Both the position numbers and the translations under genes were made by a program. The notes beneath the pieces are model-generated. The model was given only the letters and a program-made list of their open reading frames with translations. It was not told the DNA's origin and did not search any database. From contig DDSV01000034.1 of assembly GCA_002344215.1 (NCBI GenBank), positions 147,164 to 211,163 on the forward strand: a DNA stretch of 64,000 bases, given 5' to 3'. Shown here piece after piece: positions 1-9,121 of this stretch. This DNA is from Akkermansiaceae bacterium UBA2381 (GTDB lineage: Bacteria > Verrucomicrobiota > Verrucomicrobiia > Verrucomicrobiales > DEV007). Numbering within the stretch: the stretch's first letter is position 1; each line of letters opens with the position of its first letter.

Positions 1-1
1 G

Positions 2-2233
2 GCACTGGCCCGTCTTTCCCAACCCGAACCTGATTCTTCACGCGATTTCCTCGAGCCCGGGCAGGTGCGGGCACTTACTGAATTAGCAAAGCCCTCACTC
101 GTGACGGTAAGGCAGATGGGAAGGGACGGCGAAAAAAGCGGAACGGGGTCCGGTTTTATTGTCTCCGAGGACGGGCTTGTTGTAACCAACTTTCATGTCA
201 TCGGAGAGGGACGTTCCATCGAGGTCGAGCTTTCCAATGGCAAGGTATGTGAGGTCACGGAGGTATATGCTTCCGACCGCAATTATGATCTCGCCGTCGT
301 CCGGATCAATACCGGTGGGGAATTGTTGAAAGCACTTAAAGTGGGTGACTCCGATGCAATTCAACAGGGCGACCTCATTGTGGGTTTTGGGGCCCCCCAG
401 GGGCTTGCGTTCAGCGTGGTCCCGGGAGCCATCTCCGCGATTCGGAAACTGGAGCCGGGATTTGCCGGAGAAGGGGAAACGCCGGAGTTCCCGATGCTGC
501 AGTTGGCGATGCCGATTGAACAGGGCAATAGCGGTGGTCCGGTCATCAATCTGGAGGGTGAGGTCCTCGGAATTGTGACTCTTCGGCACCGCGTCACAGA
601 GAACCTTGGATTTGCTGTTCCGGGTAACGACCTGAAATCGCTCCTCGCCAAACCGAATCCGGTTCCGATCTCGCGTTGGAGGACCATTGGAACTCTCGAT
701 CCACGGCAGTGGACCCCGGTGATGGGGGCCGACTGGAGCCAGCGGGCCGGTGTGATCACCTCCCGCCGAATGGGCGAGGGTTTTGGCGGCAGAGCCTTAT
801 GTCTCTCTTCCTTGAAAGTTCCGGAAACCCCCTACGAGGTCGCTGTTTCCGTGAAACTGGACGACGAAGCTGGTGCGGCCGGGCTTGTCTTTTCCGCAGA
901 TGGAAAGGATTCCCATTACGGTTTTTACCCCAGTGACGGGAAAATGCGCCTTACCCGCTTTGAAGGGCCGGATGTCTACAGCTGGTCCATTCTTGAGCAA
1001 GTGGAAGCGCCATCCTACAAGCAGGGCGACTGGAACCGGCTCAGGGTGAGAGTCGAGGCCAGCAAAATTATCGCGTGGGTAAACGAAGAGAAGGTTTTTG
1101 AACTTGAAGACGATGTCCTTCGCGGAGGTGCGGCGGGGATCTGCAAATTCCGCCAAACCGAGGCGGAGTTTCGCGGGTTCAAGGTGGGGCCTGATCTTTC
1201 TGAAAAGGAAATGTCGACGCAGGACCGTGAGGTTCTCTCCGGGGTCCTCGATCGTTTTTCCACAGAAGGAACCTCTTCGGAGCTGCTTCTGGACCTCGGG
1301 CGCGACAGTGCCGGAAGTCAGCGCATGATCAAGGACCGGATTGGAGAACTTGAGAACATGGTGGCGGGATTGAAGAACCTCGAGACGGATCTTTACCTCA
1401 CCACCATCTCACGCGAGCTTCTCATGGCTCTGGACCGGCCTGAGACGGAGGTGGACCTCTTCGAAGTGGGGCTTCAGATCGCCCGGCTTGATGATCCTGA
1501 GCTGGACCTCGATCACTATCGCGCCGTCTTTTCCCAACTGGCGCGGGACGCAGAAGCCTTTGTTACCAAGGCGGCGCTCGAGGGGGACGCAAAGGAAAGG
1601 GCGGAGGCTCTCCGGGATTTCATGTTCAAGGAGAACGGATTTCACGGCAGTCGCAGCGATTATTATCACCATGCCAACAGCTACGTGAATCATGTCGTCG
1701 ATGACAGGGAAGGGCTTCCCATCACCCTAAGCGTGGTCTTTATCGAGTTGGCCCGGCGACTTGGCATTAATGATGTCTTTGGGGCGGCACTTCCCGGGAA
1801 ATTCATGGTCGGCTTGTCCTATGCGGTTGGAGACAAGGAGGAGAAGGTGTTTTTTGACGTGTTTGATGAAGGTAAAACCCTTTCCCGCGACGATGCGATC
1901 AAGGCAACTCTTGAACTCACCGGTGCGTCGCCGGAAGACGAGGCCTTTGAACCGTCGGGGGCCCGGGATATTGCCGTCAGGATGCTGCGCAATTTGGTTG
2001 ATATCGAGATCAACCGGAAGCGCACTCCCGAGCAGGCGGAAAACTACCTTGAACTCCTCCTCGCCATTCAGCCGGACTCAGCCTATGAACGGTTTCAACG
2101 TGCTATCCTGAGGGTTCAGGCGTCCCAACTCGACGGAGCAAGGGAGGATCTTGACTGGCTCCTCGAGAATCGGCCCCCCGGACTTGATTATTCCCGCCTT
2201 CAGCAATTTCGCGAATCGCTCCCTGAAGAGTAG
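2..2233 (+). CDS. Multidomain protein, 5'-truncated by window: trypsin-like (HtrA/Trypsin_2) serine protease + DUF1080-like beta-sandwich + SirB1/transglutaminase-like domain + TPR
   Basis: Frame open from nt 2. Triad motifs VTNFHV, YDLAVV and GNSGGP. Middle region resembles DUF1080 (WNRLRVRVEASKIIAWVN). SirB1-like signature SYVNHVVDDREGLPITLS...PGKF...FFDVFDEG followed by RMLRNL and TPR-like helices. Confidence 0.8.
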   Translation, partial: ALARLSQPEPDSSRDFLEPGQVRALTELAKPSLVTVRQMGRDGEKSGTGSGFIVSEDGLVVTNFHVIGEGRSIEVELSNGKVCEVTEVYASDRNYDLAVVRINTGGELLKALKVGDSDAIQQGDLIVGFGAPQGLAFSVVPGAISAIRKLEPGFAGEGETPEFPMLQLAMPIEQGNSGGPVINLEGEVLGIVTLRHRVTENLGFAVPGNDLKSLLAKPNPVPISRWRTIGTLDPRQWTPVMGADWSQRAGVITSRRMGEGFGGRALCLSSLKVPETPYEVAVSVKLDDEAGAAGLVFSADGKDSHYGFYPSDGKMRLTRFEGPDVYSWSILEQVEAPSYKQGDWNRLRVRVEASKIIAWVNEEKVFELEDDVLRGGAAGICKFRQTEAEFRGFKVGPDLSEKEMSTQDREVLSGVLDRFSTEGTSSELLLDLGRDSAGSQRMIKDRIGELENMVAGLKNLETDLYLTTISRELLMALDRPETEVDLFEVGLQIARLDDPELDLDHYRAVFSQLARDAEAFVTKAALEGDAKERAEALRDFMFKENGFHGSRSDYYHHANSYVNHVVDDREGLPITLSVVFIELARRLGINDVFGAALPGKFMVGLSYAVGDKEEKVFFDVFDEGKTLSRDDAIKATLELTGASPEDEAFEPSGARDIAVRMLRNLVDIEINRKRTPEQAENYLELLLAIQPDSAYERFQRAILRVQASQLDGAREDLDWLLENRPPGLDYSRLQQFRESLPEE

Positions 2234-2246
2234 CTGGGGGGGAAAT

Positions 2247-2280
2247 GAAAAAGCCGCCCCCGGAGAGGGAGCGGCTTTCT
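2247..2280. terminator. Probable bidirectional intrinsic terminator between convergent protease gene and rplQ
   Basis: AAAAAGCCGC...GCGGCTTT hairpin with A/T tracts on both sides. Confidence 0.65.
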
Positions 2281-2312
2281 CAGAAGTTTGTCGAACGGCG
2301 AGACGGGGTGTC

Positions 2313-2711
2313 TCAGGCTTCCGCAGAAGCATCCGTTTTGACGAGGGCATCGACCCACTCGATCATGGCCATTGGCGCAGAGTCCGAGCGGCGTTGACCG
2401 AGTTTGATGATGCGGCAATAACCTCCCTGGCGGGTGGCACTTGCGGGGGCGATTTCCTCGAAGAGGGTTTTCATGCTGCGCTGGGCCAGTTGGTTGCTAC
2501 CAAGCAGAGTGATGGCGCGGCGACGACTGTGGAGGTCGTTCCTTTTGCCAAGGGTTACCAGAGACTCAGCGAACGGACGCAGGGCCTTGGCCTTCGCGAG
2601 GGTCGTTGTGATCTGGCGATGCTCGATCAGGCTGGACGCGAGGTTGCGCATGAGCGAGTCGCGGTGCGACTTGTCGCGCTGGAGTTTGACGGTTTTACTT
2701 CTATGTCTCAT
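2313..2711 (-). CDS. rplQ: 50S ribosomal protein L17
   Basis: MRHR...HRDSLMRNL, ITTTLAKAKALRP, GGYCRIIKLGQRRSDSAPMA. Confidence 0.97.
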   Translation of the reverse strand: MRHRSKTVKLQRDKSHRDSLMRNLASSLIEHRQITTTLAKAKALRPFAESLVTLGKRNDLHSRRRAITLLGSNQLAQRSMKTLFEEIAPASATRQGGYCRIIKLGQRRSDSAPMAMIEWVDALVKTDASAEA

Positions 2712-2736
2712 CGGAAATCAGAGGTTGGAGAGGGGA

Positions 2737-3813
2737 TCAGTCGTGGATATTCTGGGCGATCAGAGCGGCAAGGCCCGGACCTTCGTGCGAGCGATCACCA
2801 CCAAGGAGAGAGGAGGTGAAGGACTGCTCGAGGAGGCTCGGATCGATCGACATTCCGAGTGAAAGACCGAGTTCGTGAAGCTTGTCCTTGATCTCGTTGA
2901 GAGACTTCTTGCCGAAGTTGCGATACTTGAGCATCTCCGCCTCGCTCTTCATGGCGAGTTGGCCGACGGTGGTGATGTTCGCGTTGTTGAGACAGTTGGC
3001 GGCACGGACGGAGAGCTCGATCTCGTTGACGCTCATGTTGAGCAGCTTTTTGAGCTCGGCGTTTTCCTCGCTCTGGGTCTCCGGACGATCTTCGATGAGG
3101 ATCGCGTTGTCGTCGTAGTTAACGAACACATCAAGGTGGTGACGGAGAATCGCAGATGCCTGAAGAAGGGCGTCGTGCGGCTCGATCCTGCCATCGGTCC
3201 AGATTTCGATGATCAGTTTGTCGTAATCGGTGCGCTGACCGACACGGGTGTTTTCGACAGCATACTTGACGCGTCGCACCGGGGAGAAGATCGAGTCGAT
3301 CGGGATCACGCCGATGGGCATGTCCTGGTGTTTGTTGTCCTCGGAGGTATTGAAACCGCGGCCGACGCGCACTTCCATCTCGAGGTTGAATTTGGTGGAA
3401 CGGTCAAGGGTGCAGATGTGCAGATCCTTGTTCACGATCTCGTACTGGGAGATTTCCTGAATGTCGCCGGCAGTGACTGCTCCGGCTTTGTCGACCGTGA
3501 GGGAAAGAGTGGCCGGGTCGCGATCATCAAAATGCTTGAAGCGGATTTGCTTCAGGTTCAGGATGATTTCGGTGACATCTTCCACGACTCCGGGAAGAGA
3601 AGCGAACTCATGCTGAGCACCGGCGATGCGGACCGAAGTGATTGAGGCTCCCTCGAGTGAGGAAAGGAGAACCCGGCGGAGGCTGTTGCCGATGGTGTGA
3701 CCGAAGCCCGCCTCGAAAGGCTCTGCCGTGAACTTGGCGTAGGTTTCGGTAGCGGTGGCTTCGTCTTTGATAAGACGATCAGGGATTTCGAACGGTGCGA
3801 GTGCTTTAGACAT
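2737..3813 (-). CDS. rpoA: DNA-directed RNA polymerase subunit alpha
   Basis: EPFEAGFGHTIGNSLRRVLLSSLEG, PGVVEDVTEIILNLK, alpha-CTD ELSVRAANCL...NFGKKSLNEI. Start set at ATG 3813 (MSKALAPFE). Confidence 0.97.
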   Translation of the reverse strand: MSKALAPFEIPDRLIKDEATATETYAKFTAEPFEAGFGHTIGNSLRRVLLSSLEGASITSVRIAGAQHEFASLPGVVEDVTEIILNLKQIRFKHFDDRDPATLSLTVDKAGAVTAGDIQEISQYEIVNKDLHICTLDRSTKFNLEMEVRVGRGFNTSEDNKHQDMPIGVIPIDSIFSPVRRVKYAVENTRVGQRTDYDKLIIEIWTDGRIEPHDALLQASAILRHHLDVFVNYDDNAILIEDRPETQSEENAELKKLLNMSVNEIELSVRAANCLNNANITTVGQLAMKSEAEMLKYRNFGKKSLNEIKDKLHELGLSLGMSIDPSLLEQSFTSSLLGGDRSHEGPGLAALIAQNIHD

Positions 3814-4012
3814 ATATGGTGTAGGTAGCCGGGTTTCCCAGAGGTAGAGCGATGACTTTTCACCAAACGTTGGCGAAATACCAAGGACCGACGGCAATTA
3901 ACGTGACGCCCAGGGCGCGGAATATGGTCGAATATGCCGGAAAGTAAACCGGATTTTTGAGTGGAATCCCCGTAACCAGGGCAAAAGAGCGTTCCCGGGA
4001 TGGAGTAAAACC

Positions 4013-4043
4013 AAAAACCCCCGCAGGGGTCTGCGGGGGTTTC
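4013..4043 (-). terminator. Intrinsic terminator after small secreted-protein gene, upstream of rpoA
   Basis: 12-bp stem AAACCCCCGCAG/CTGCGGGGGTTT, 4-nt loop, U-tract on minus strand. Confidence 0.8.
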
Positions 4044-4125
4044 GGTAACCCGGACTCTTCGGCGGTCTCGAACTGGTGTCAGGAGAGGAAGAGGGCTACT
4101 TCTCGGTCTGTCTGTCGGAAAAATC

Positions 4126-4389
4126 CTATTTTGCGGTGGTCCCCGTCTGCTTGCCTTTCTCACCCTTCACGGCAGGGGCCGCCGGCACCGTTTTCGCCTC
4201 GCTGGATGATGCAGGGGCTTGCGGGGCCTGAACCCGCCAGAATGAACTCGCGCTTCCGGGTTCCCATGCGTTGGCATCCCAGGGGCTGGTCATGGGGATC
4301 ACTCCGGGAGAGGGATCCTGATCATTTGCCTTGAGTGATCCGGATGAAGCCAGAGGCAAAAGGAGCGCAGAGAGTAGGAATCTGATCAT
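4126..4389 (-). CDS. Small secreted hypothetical protein (87 aa)
   Basis: Signal peptide MIRFLLSALLLPLASSGSLKA, Pro/Ala-rich tail, own promoter-like and terminator elements. Confidence 0.6.
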   Translation of the reverse strand: MIRFLLSALLLPLASSGSLKANDQDPSPGVIPMTSPWDANAWEPGSASSFWRVQAPQAPASSSEAKTVPAAPAVKGEKGKQTGTTAK

Positions 4390-4423
4390 AATTCATCGGC
4401 GAAGAATCGTGTATCTTCGACAA

Positions 4424-4455
4424 ATCAAAATTATCAAAATTATGGTAATTGTCAA
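4424..4455 (-). promoter_or_regulatory. Sigma70-like promoter (TTGACA-N16-TGn-extended TAATTT) overlapped by tandem 9-bp direct repeat ATCAAAATT x2
   Basis: Minus strand TTGACA at 4455-4450, TAATTT at 4433-4428 preceded by TGA. Repeat at 4424-4441 in an AT-rich patch. Confidence 0.55.
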
Positions 4456-4501
4456 TTCTATAAATCTGACTACGGCACTTTTCCCAAGAAAGTGCTCCTA
4501 A

Positions 4502-6196
4502 TTATACGCGGAAAAGCGCCCCCAACTTTTTTCCAAGAATAAGTCCTGCTCCGGTTATCGTGATGGCGAGGAAGACCATTGCCCAGACACCAAGCGCCGA
4601 AGCGAGATTCGGGCCAGTGCCGAGGGAGGAGATAAGAGCGTACATGGCCTTGGTAATGGGAAAATGCTGCTGCTGTTCCGCTAGAATGAGAGAATCGGAG
4701 ACCTCCAGCATGGCGAAGGAGAAGGCGAGCAGGCCGCCGGCGATGAGGTTCGCGGTGATGAGAGGTAGCGTGATCTTGCAAAGCGCGCGCAGGGGAGTGC
4801 TTCCCAGATTCTGGGCCGCTTCTTCGAGGCTGACGCTGGTCTGTTGGAATCCGGCTGCAGCCGAACGCACCACGTAAGGAAGACGACGGACGGCATAGGC
4901 GATGACGAGAATGAGGATGGGATCCTCCCCGAGAATGAGAAAATCAAAAGGTTTGCCCTCCCGGGTCATCGCGAGATAACCGAACGCAAGGACAAGTCCG
5001 GGTACGGCGAGCGGCAGCATTGCCATTGCATCGAGCAACTGTCGTCCCGGAAGCCGGGTGCGGACGACGACATAGGCGATTCCGATGCCGAGGAGAATGT
5101 CGAGACCGGTCGCAAGCGACGCGTACTTCAGAGAATTCGCGATCGAGTGGATGGTGAGCGGGTGCCCCAGGGCATCTTCGTAGTGCTGGCCGGTAAGGGC
5201 GGTCGGCAGAAGTGTGCCATACCAGTCATGGGAAAGGGACAGGAGAATTACCCCCAGGTGCGGCAGAATCGCGATGGCAGTGACGAGGCTGAAGGTGCCC
5301 GCGCAAAATGCTGAAGTCAGGGGTGAAGCGGGCCGGAGGGTTTTCCCGGTGGAGGCCCGCCCTGAACCCGAAAAATTATCCCGGCCGAAAAACCATTTCC
5401 CGGTGAGGTAGAAGAGCACCGTCGCGACCAGCATCACGACGACGAGGGCGTAGGGAAAAGGATTACCGCTGAGGTCCTTGAGCCCTTCGAAGATCTGAAC
5501 CGAGGTGACCCGGTCAAAATCAAACACAAGAGGGACGCCCAGTTCGGTGAACGCCCAGATGAATATGATCGTCGCTCCCGCGAAGAGGCCCGGCATGATG
5601 AGCGGAAAGGTCACCCGGAAGAGTCGCCGGATTCCGGTGCACCCGAGATTTTCAGCCGCCTCCTCCATTGCCGGGTCGAGATTCGCCAGAGCAGCCGAAA
5701 TGTTAAGATAGGCGATCGGGTAGAGATGAAGGGCGTTCATCAGGACGATGCCCGCGAGGCGTCCCTCCCCGAGCCAGTCGAAGGGGGCGGCGGCTTCCAT
5801 CAGGCCCAGATCAATCAGAAACGTATTCAGGACGCCCGATTGCCCGAGAAATTGCCTCACTCCGAGGGCCCCGACAAAGGGGGGTAGGATGAGCGGGACG
5901 AGGATGAGCGAGTTCAGGATCTCCTTTCCCCGAAATTGCCAGGTATTACTGATGAGGGCGAGGGGCAGGGCAATGAGCAGGGCGAGGACCGTGGTGAAAA
6001 GTCCCATGTAAAAGGAATTCACGAGTCCTTCCACGTAGATGGGATTGCGGAAGAGCTCGGCAAAATAGGCGAAGGTGACCGTCCCTTCGCTCGTGACAAA
6101 GGCCTCCTGCACGGTGTGCCAGATCGGGAAAACGAAGAAAAGCGCAAAGAACACCGCCGTGAATCCATAAATGGAGATGGAGAGTGATTTGTTCAT
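4502..6196 (-). CDS. ABC transporter permease, FbpB/AfuB (Fe3+/thiamine-like) family, two fused TM modules
   Basis: Two EAA loops (MEEAAENLGCT, LEEAAQNLGST), about 12 TM helices. Confidence 0.9.
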   Translation of the reverse strand: MNKSLSISIYGFTAVFFALFFVFPIWHTVQEAFVTSEGTVTFAYFAELFRNPIYVEGLVNSFYMGLFTTVLALLIALPLALISNTWQFRGKEILNSLILVPLILPPFVGALGVRQFLGQSGVLNTFLIDLGLMEAAAPFDWLGEGRLAGIVLMNALHLYPIAYLNISAALANLDPAMEEAAENLGCTGIRRLFRVTFPLIMPGLFAGATIIFIWAFTELGVPLVFDFDRVTSVQIFEGLKDLSGNPFPYALVVVMLVATVLFYLTGKWFFGRDNFSGSGRASTGKTLRPASPLTSAFCAGTFSLVTAIAILPHLGVILLSLSHDWYGTLLPTALTGQHYEDALGHPLTIHSIANSLKYASLATGLDILLGIGIAYVVVRTRLPGRQLLDAMAMLPLAVPGLVLAFGYLAMTREGKPFDFLILGEDPILILVIAYAVRRLPYVVRSAAAGFQQTSVSLEEAAQNLGSTPLRALCKITLPLITANLIAGGLLAFSFAMLEVSDSLILAEQQQHFPITKAMYALISSLGTGPNLASALGVWAMVFLAITITGAGLILGKKLGALFRV

Positions 6197-6212
6197 CCCA
6201 AGTGATTGAAAA

Positions 6213-7892
6213 TCAGTGTTTTGATCTCCATTTATCCGTAATTTGGCTATAGTGGGAACGGAAAGTTTCCGCCAGTTCCCGGGCCATTGTCACCTGTTTG
6301 ACTTTGTCGGCATTCTTCAGGCCGGGTGCGATTTCATTGACCACTCGCTCATAGGAGATCGCACTGATGTCTTCAAACTGCGCCACGCCCTCCTCCGGCA
6401 AACCTGCGGCAATCAGGGCCTCCCATGCCTCCAATTGCTCCTCATGCGGGTCCATGCAGGCTCCCCGGATCACAAATCGCAATGCTCCGAAGAGCGGTCC
6501 GGTCCATTCGGGATGGTAGGTGAACCCTGCGGAGAGTTCATACGGATTGACTTCCGGATCAGTCATCGAGGGAAGGTTCGATTCGACATAGAAGTCCTTT
6601 CGAATGGGCGGGCGGCGTAAGGCAAAACGACGGGGACCGCCCTCGCTTCCGGGACGGTAATTCCAGAGTTTCTGCCCTTCGGGAGACAGGACAAACTCAA
6701 TAAAACGGTGGGCGAGCTCCGGTTGCGGCGCTCCCCGGAGCATCCCGACAGGGTCAGCCCCGATCGATGTGCCTCCGCGGGGCATGACAAAGTGGATTCT
6801 AGACTCTCCTGTGTCAGGTGATCGGTAGAGTTCATTGAAGGTTCGCCCGTAAAAGTCGATGCACATGCCCGCTGCCGCATCGCCCATTGCGACATCACGG
6901 GGCACCTTGGCGGCTGAATCGGTGAAATAGCGGCTGTTGGCGCTGATTCGAAGGATGAGACGCATCGCATCGTCCCAGCCCGCCTTCAATGCATCACTCT
7001 CGGACAACTCCTTCTCGCGTTGGAAGGTCTGAATGCGCTCCTGAACGAGCATTTCGAACGCTTTTGTGGTCGAGCCGGACTTCGTGGGATCGGCGAGGGC
7101 AATCTGCCCGAAGAGACGGGGATCTTCGAGCGCCGACCAGGTTTCGGGAATTTCGGTGATTCCAAGGCGGGCAAGGACATCGCTGTTATAGCATATGCCA
7201 AAGGCGGAGAGGACCGTCCCGACCCAACGGAACTCCTTATCGCGAAAAGGCTCGCCGCTGACGGACTCTGGCATTACGGCTTCGCTGAACCACTCCGGTT
7301 TTTCTGCGGCAAGAGCGGCAGGACCAAAGTTCCCGCTAGGGTCCTTTGCCACAAGAAAGCCCGAAGAAGCCTGCCGCTCAAAATCAAAGGCTCCGCCTCC
7401 GAAGAAAAGATCGATTCCCACACCGAGATTCGACCCGAGGAAGAGGGCACGTGCAGTCGCCGCCTGCCCCTCCGGGGTTTCGGGGTTTAAGGGAGTTGAC
7501 TCTGAGATCTGACCCTCTTGAGTGGCGGGCGGATCTAGCCTGGAATTGGTAAAAGCATCGCGAATGGCGTAGGAGAACGGGAGGCCGGTTTTGGTTCTCC
7601 AGAGCGATTCGAACCGGGTCGAATACTCGGAACGGAGAAAACGGGCAATTTCGGTGGTCCCGCCGGGCTGGCGCCAGTCGACGAAAATCTCGCGCCCGTG
7701 CTCTTTCTTCATGTGAGCGGAAAAGGCGCGCCCGAATTCCGATTGAATGGACTCGTTGTGGGGCGTGATGATGACGATGCGGCCGGACTTGCTGCCATGG
7801 AGCTTTGGTTTCACTCCTTCGGGACGAAAAGCGAAGGGCGCCACGAGGATCGCGGCGAGGAGGAGTAGAACAATGGAGATGCGGAGAGCCAC
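6213..7892 (-). CDS. ABC transporter extracellular solute-binding protein (FbpA/AfuA-like)
   Basis: N-terminal hydrophobic anchor, IITPHNE, DLFFGGG, IALADPTKSGS, AHRFIEFVLSPEGQ. Lies between ATPase and permease. Confidence 0.85.
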   Translation of the reverse strand: MALRISIVLLLLAAILVAPFAFRPEGVKPKLHGSKSGRIVIITPHNESIQSEFGRAFSAHMKKEHGREIFVDWRQPGGTTEIARFLRSEYSTRFESLWRTKTGLPFSYAIRDAFTNSRLDPPATQEGQISESTPLNPETPEGQAATARALFLGSNLGVGIDLFFGGGAFDFERQASSGFLVAKDPSGNFGPAALAAEKPEWFSEAVMPESVSGEPFRDKEFRWVGTVLSAFGICYNSDVLARLGITEIPETWSALEDPRLFGQIALADPTKSGSTTKAFEMLVQERIQTFQREKELSESDALKAGWDDAMRLILRISANSRYFTDSAAKVPRDVAMGDAAAGMCIDFYGRTFNELYRSPDTGESRIHFVMPRGGTSIGADPVGMLRGAPQPELAHRFIEFVLSPEGQKLWNYRPGSEGGPRRFALRRPPIRKDFYVESNLPSMTDPEVNPYELSAGFTYHPEWTGPLFGALRFVIRGACMDPHEEQLEAWEALIAAGLPEEGVAQFEDISAISYERVVNEIAPGLKNADKVKQVTMARELAETFRSHYSQITDKWRSKH

Positions 7893-7912
7893 GGATGGGA
7901 GTGGGAAAAGGT

Positions 7913-8992
7913 TCAGGATCCGGGCAGGATGATAATATCCTCGGGCTTCGCCGACGCATAGAATCCTGCCCCCGTATCACGAATGACCCGGCGCGGATTC
8001 AGTTCAGAGATGTGCAGCGGGAGTTCGCGCCCTTCACAGAGAAGAGAATACTGGGCGGTCTCCCCGAGGTAGATGGACTCGGTGAGATTTCCCGCGATGG
8101 CATTCTGAACCGGTGGCGAGGAGTCCAATGAGAGGCACTCCGGGCGAATAGAGAGAGTGACCGGTTGACCCGGGGCCGGGCTCCATCCGGGCGAAACAAT
8201 TCGTCCGGCGAGTTCGCCGACGGCGGTGCGGACGTAGTGATTAACGCCTGAGACAAAAGCAAGAGTCCCGGGGATCAGATTGGTTTCCCCGACAAATCCT
8301 GCGACAAAGGCTGAATTCGGGGTCCGATATAGTTCTTCCGGCGTGCCGATTTGGGCGATGTTTCCGGCATCAAGAACGGCCATTCGATCCGCCATGGAAA
8401 GTGCCTCCTTCTGATCATGCGTCACATAGATGGCGGTGAGTCCGAATTCCTTGCAGATGCGCCGGATCTCACTTCGCATTTCAACCCGTAGCTTTGCATC
8501 CAGATTGGAAAGCGGTTCATCAAGGAGGAGACACCTTGGGCAGACCACGAGGGCCCGGGCAAGAGCAACGCGCTGCTGCTGGCCGCCGGAGAGCTGGTTG
8601 ATTTTGCGGGTGCCGAGGCCCTCCATTCTGACCATGGCGAGAGCCTCCTCGACACGGGATTTGATTTCAGTTTTTGAGACACGCCTCTCCTCGAGGCCGA
8701 AGGCGATATTCCGGAAGACATTCAAGTGCGGCCAGAGGGCGTAACTTTGGAACATCATGCCGGTCTCGCGCTTGTGCGGGGGCAGGCGGGTGACATCGTC
8801 CTGATCGAAATGGATCGTTCCTTCGTCCGGGAGGTTAAACCCGGCGATCGCCCTTAGGAGAGTCGTCTTCCCGCATCCCGACGGTCCAAGGAGGAAAAAC
8901 AATTCCCCCTTTTCAATATCGAGATCGAGACGGTTCAGGGCGACGAGATCGCCGAAGCGTTTGAGAAGACCGCGAATATGAAGGGAAACCAT
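7913..8992 (-). CDS. ABC transporter ATP-binding protein (FbpC/PotA family)
   Basis: Walker A GPSGCGKT, LSGGQQQR, LLLDEP, YVTHDQ, C-terminal TOBE-like domain. Confidence 0.95.
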   Translation of the reverse strand: MVSLHIRGLLKRFGDLVALNRLDLDIEKGELFFLLGPSGCGKTTLLRAIAGFNLPDEGTIHFDQDDVTRLPPHKRETGMMFQSYALWPHLNVFRNIAFGLEERRVSKTEIKSRVEEALAMVRMEGLGTRKINQLSGGQQQRVALARALVVCPRCLLLDEPLSNLDAKLRVEMRSEIRRICKEFGLTAIYVTHDQKEALSMADRMAVLDAGNIAQIGTPEELYRTPNSAFVAGFVGETNLIPGTLAFVSGVNHYVRTAVGELAGRIVSPGWSPAPGQPVTLSIRPECLSLDSSPPVQNAIAGNLTESIYLGETAQYSLLCEGRELPLHISELNPRRVIRDTGAGFYASAKPEDIIILPGS

Positions 8993-9121
8993 GGTTCAGG
9001 ATAACCACGGGTGTAGCTGATTCCAGACCAATGAACAAGCAAATATGGTTTGCCGAAAACTCCCCGCTTAAACGGGCTCGGCCCGGCCCGATGATTAGGC
9101 CATTTCCCGTGAGAATTACTT

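Noticed and set aside
4096-4128. Second in-frame TAG nine codons after the small secreted protein stop (possible read-through)
   Set aside because: Expected by chance, with no SECIS/PYLIS-like element or supporting machinery
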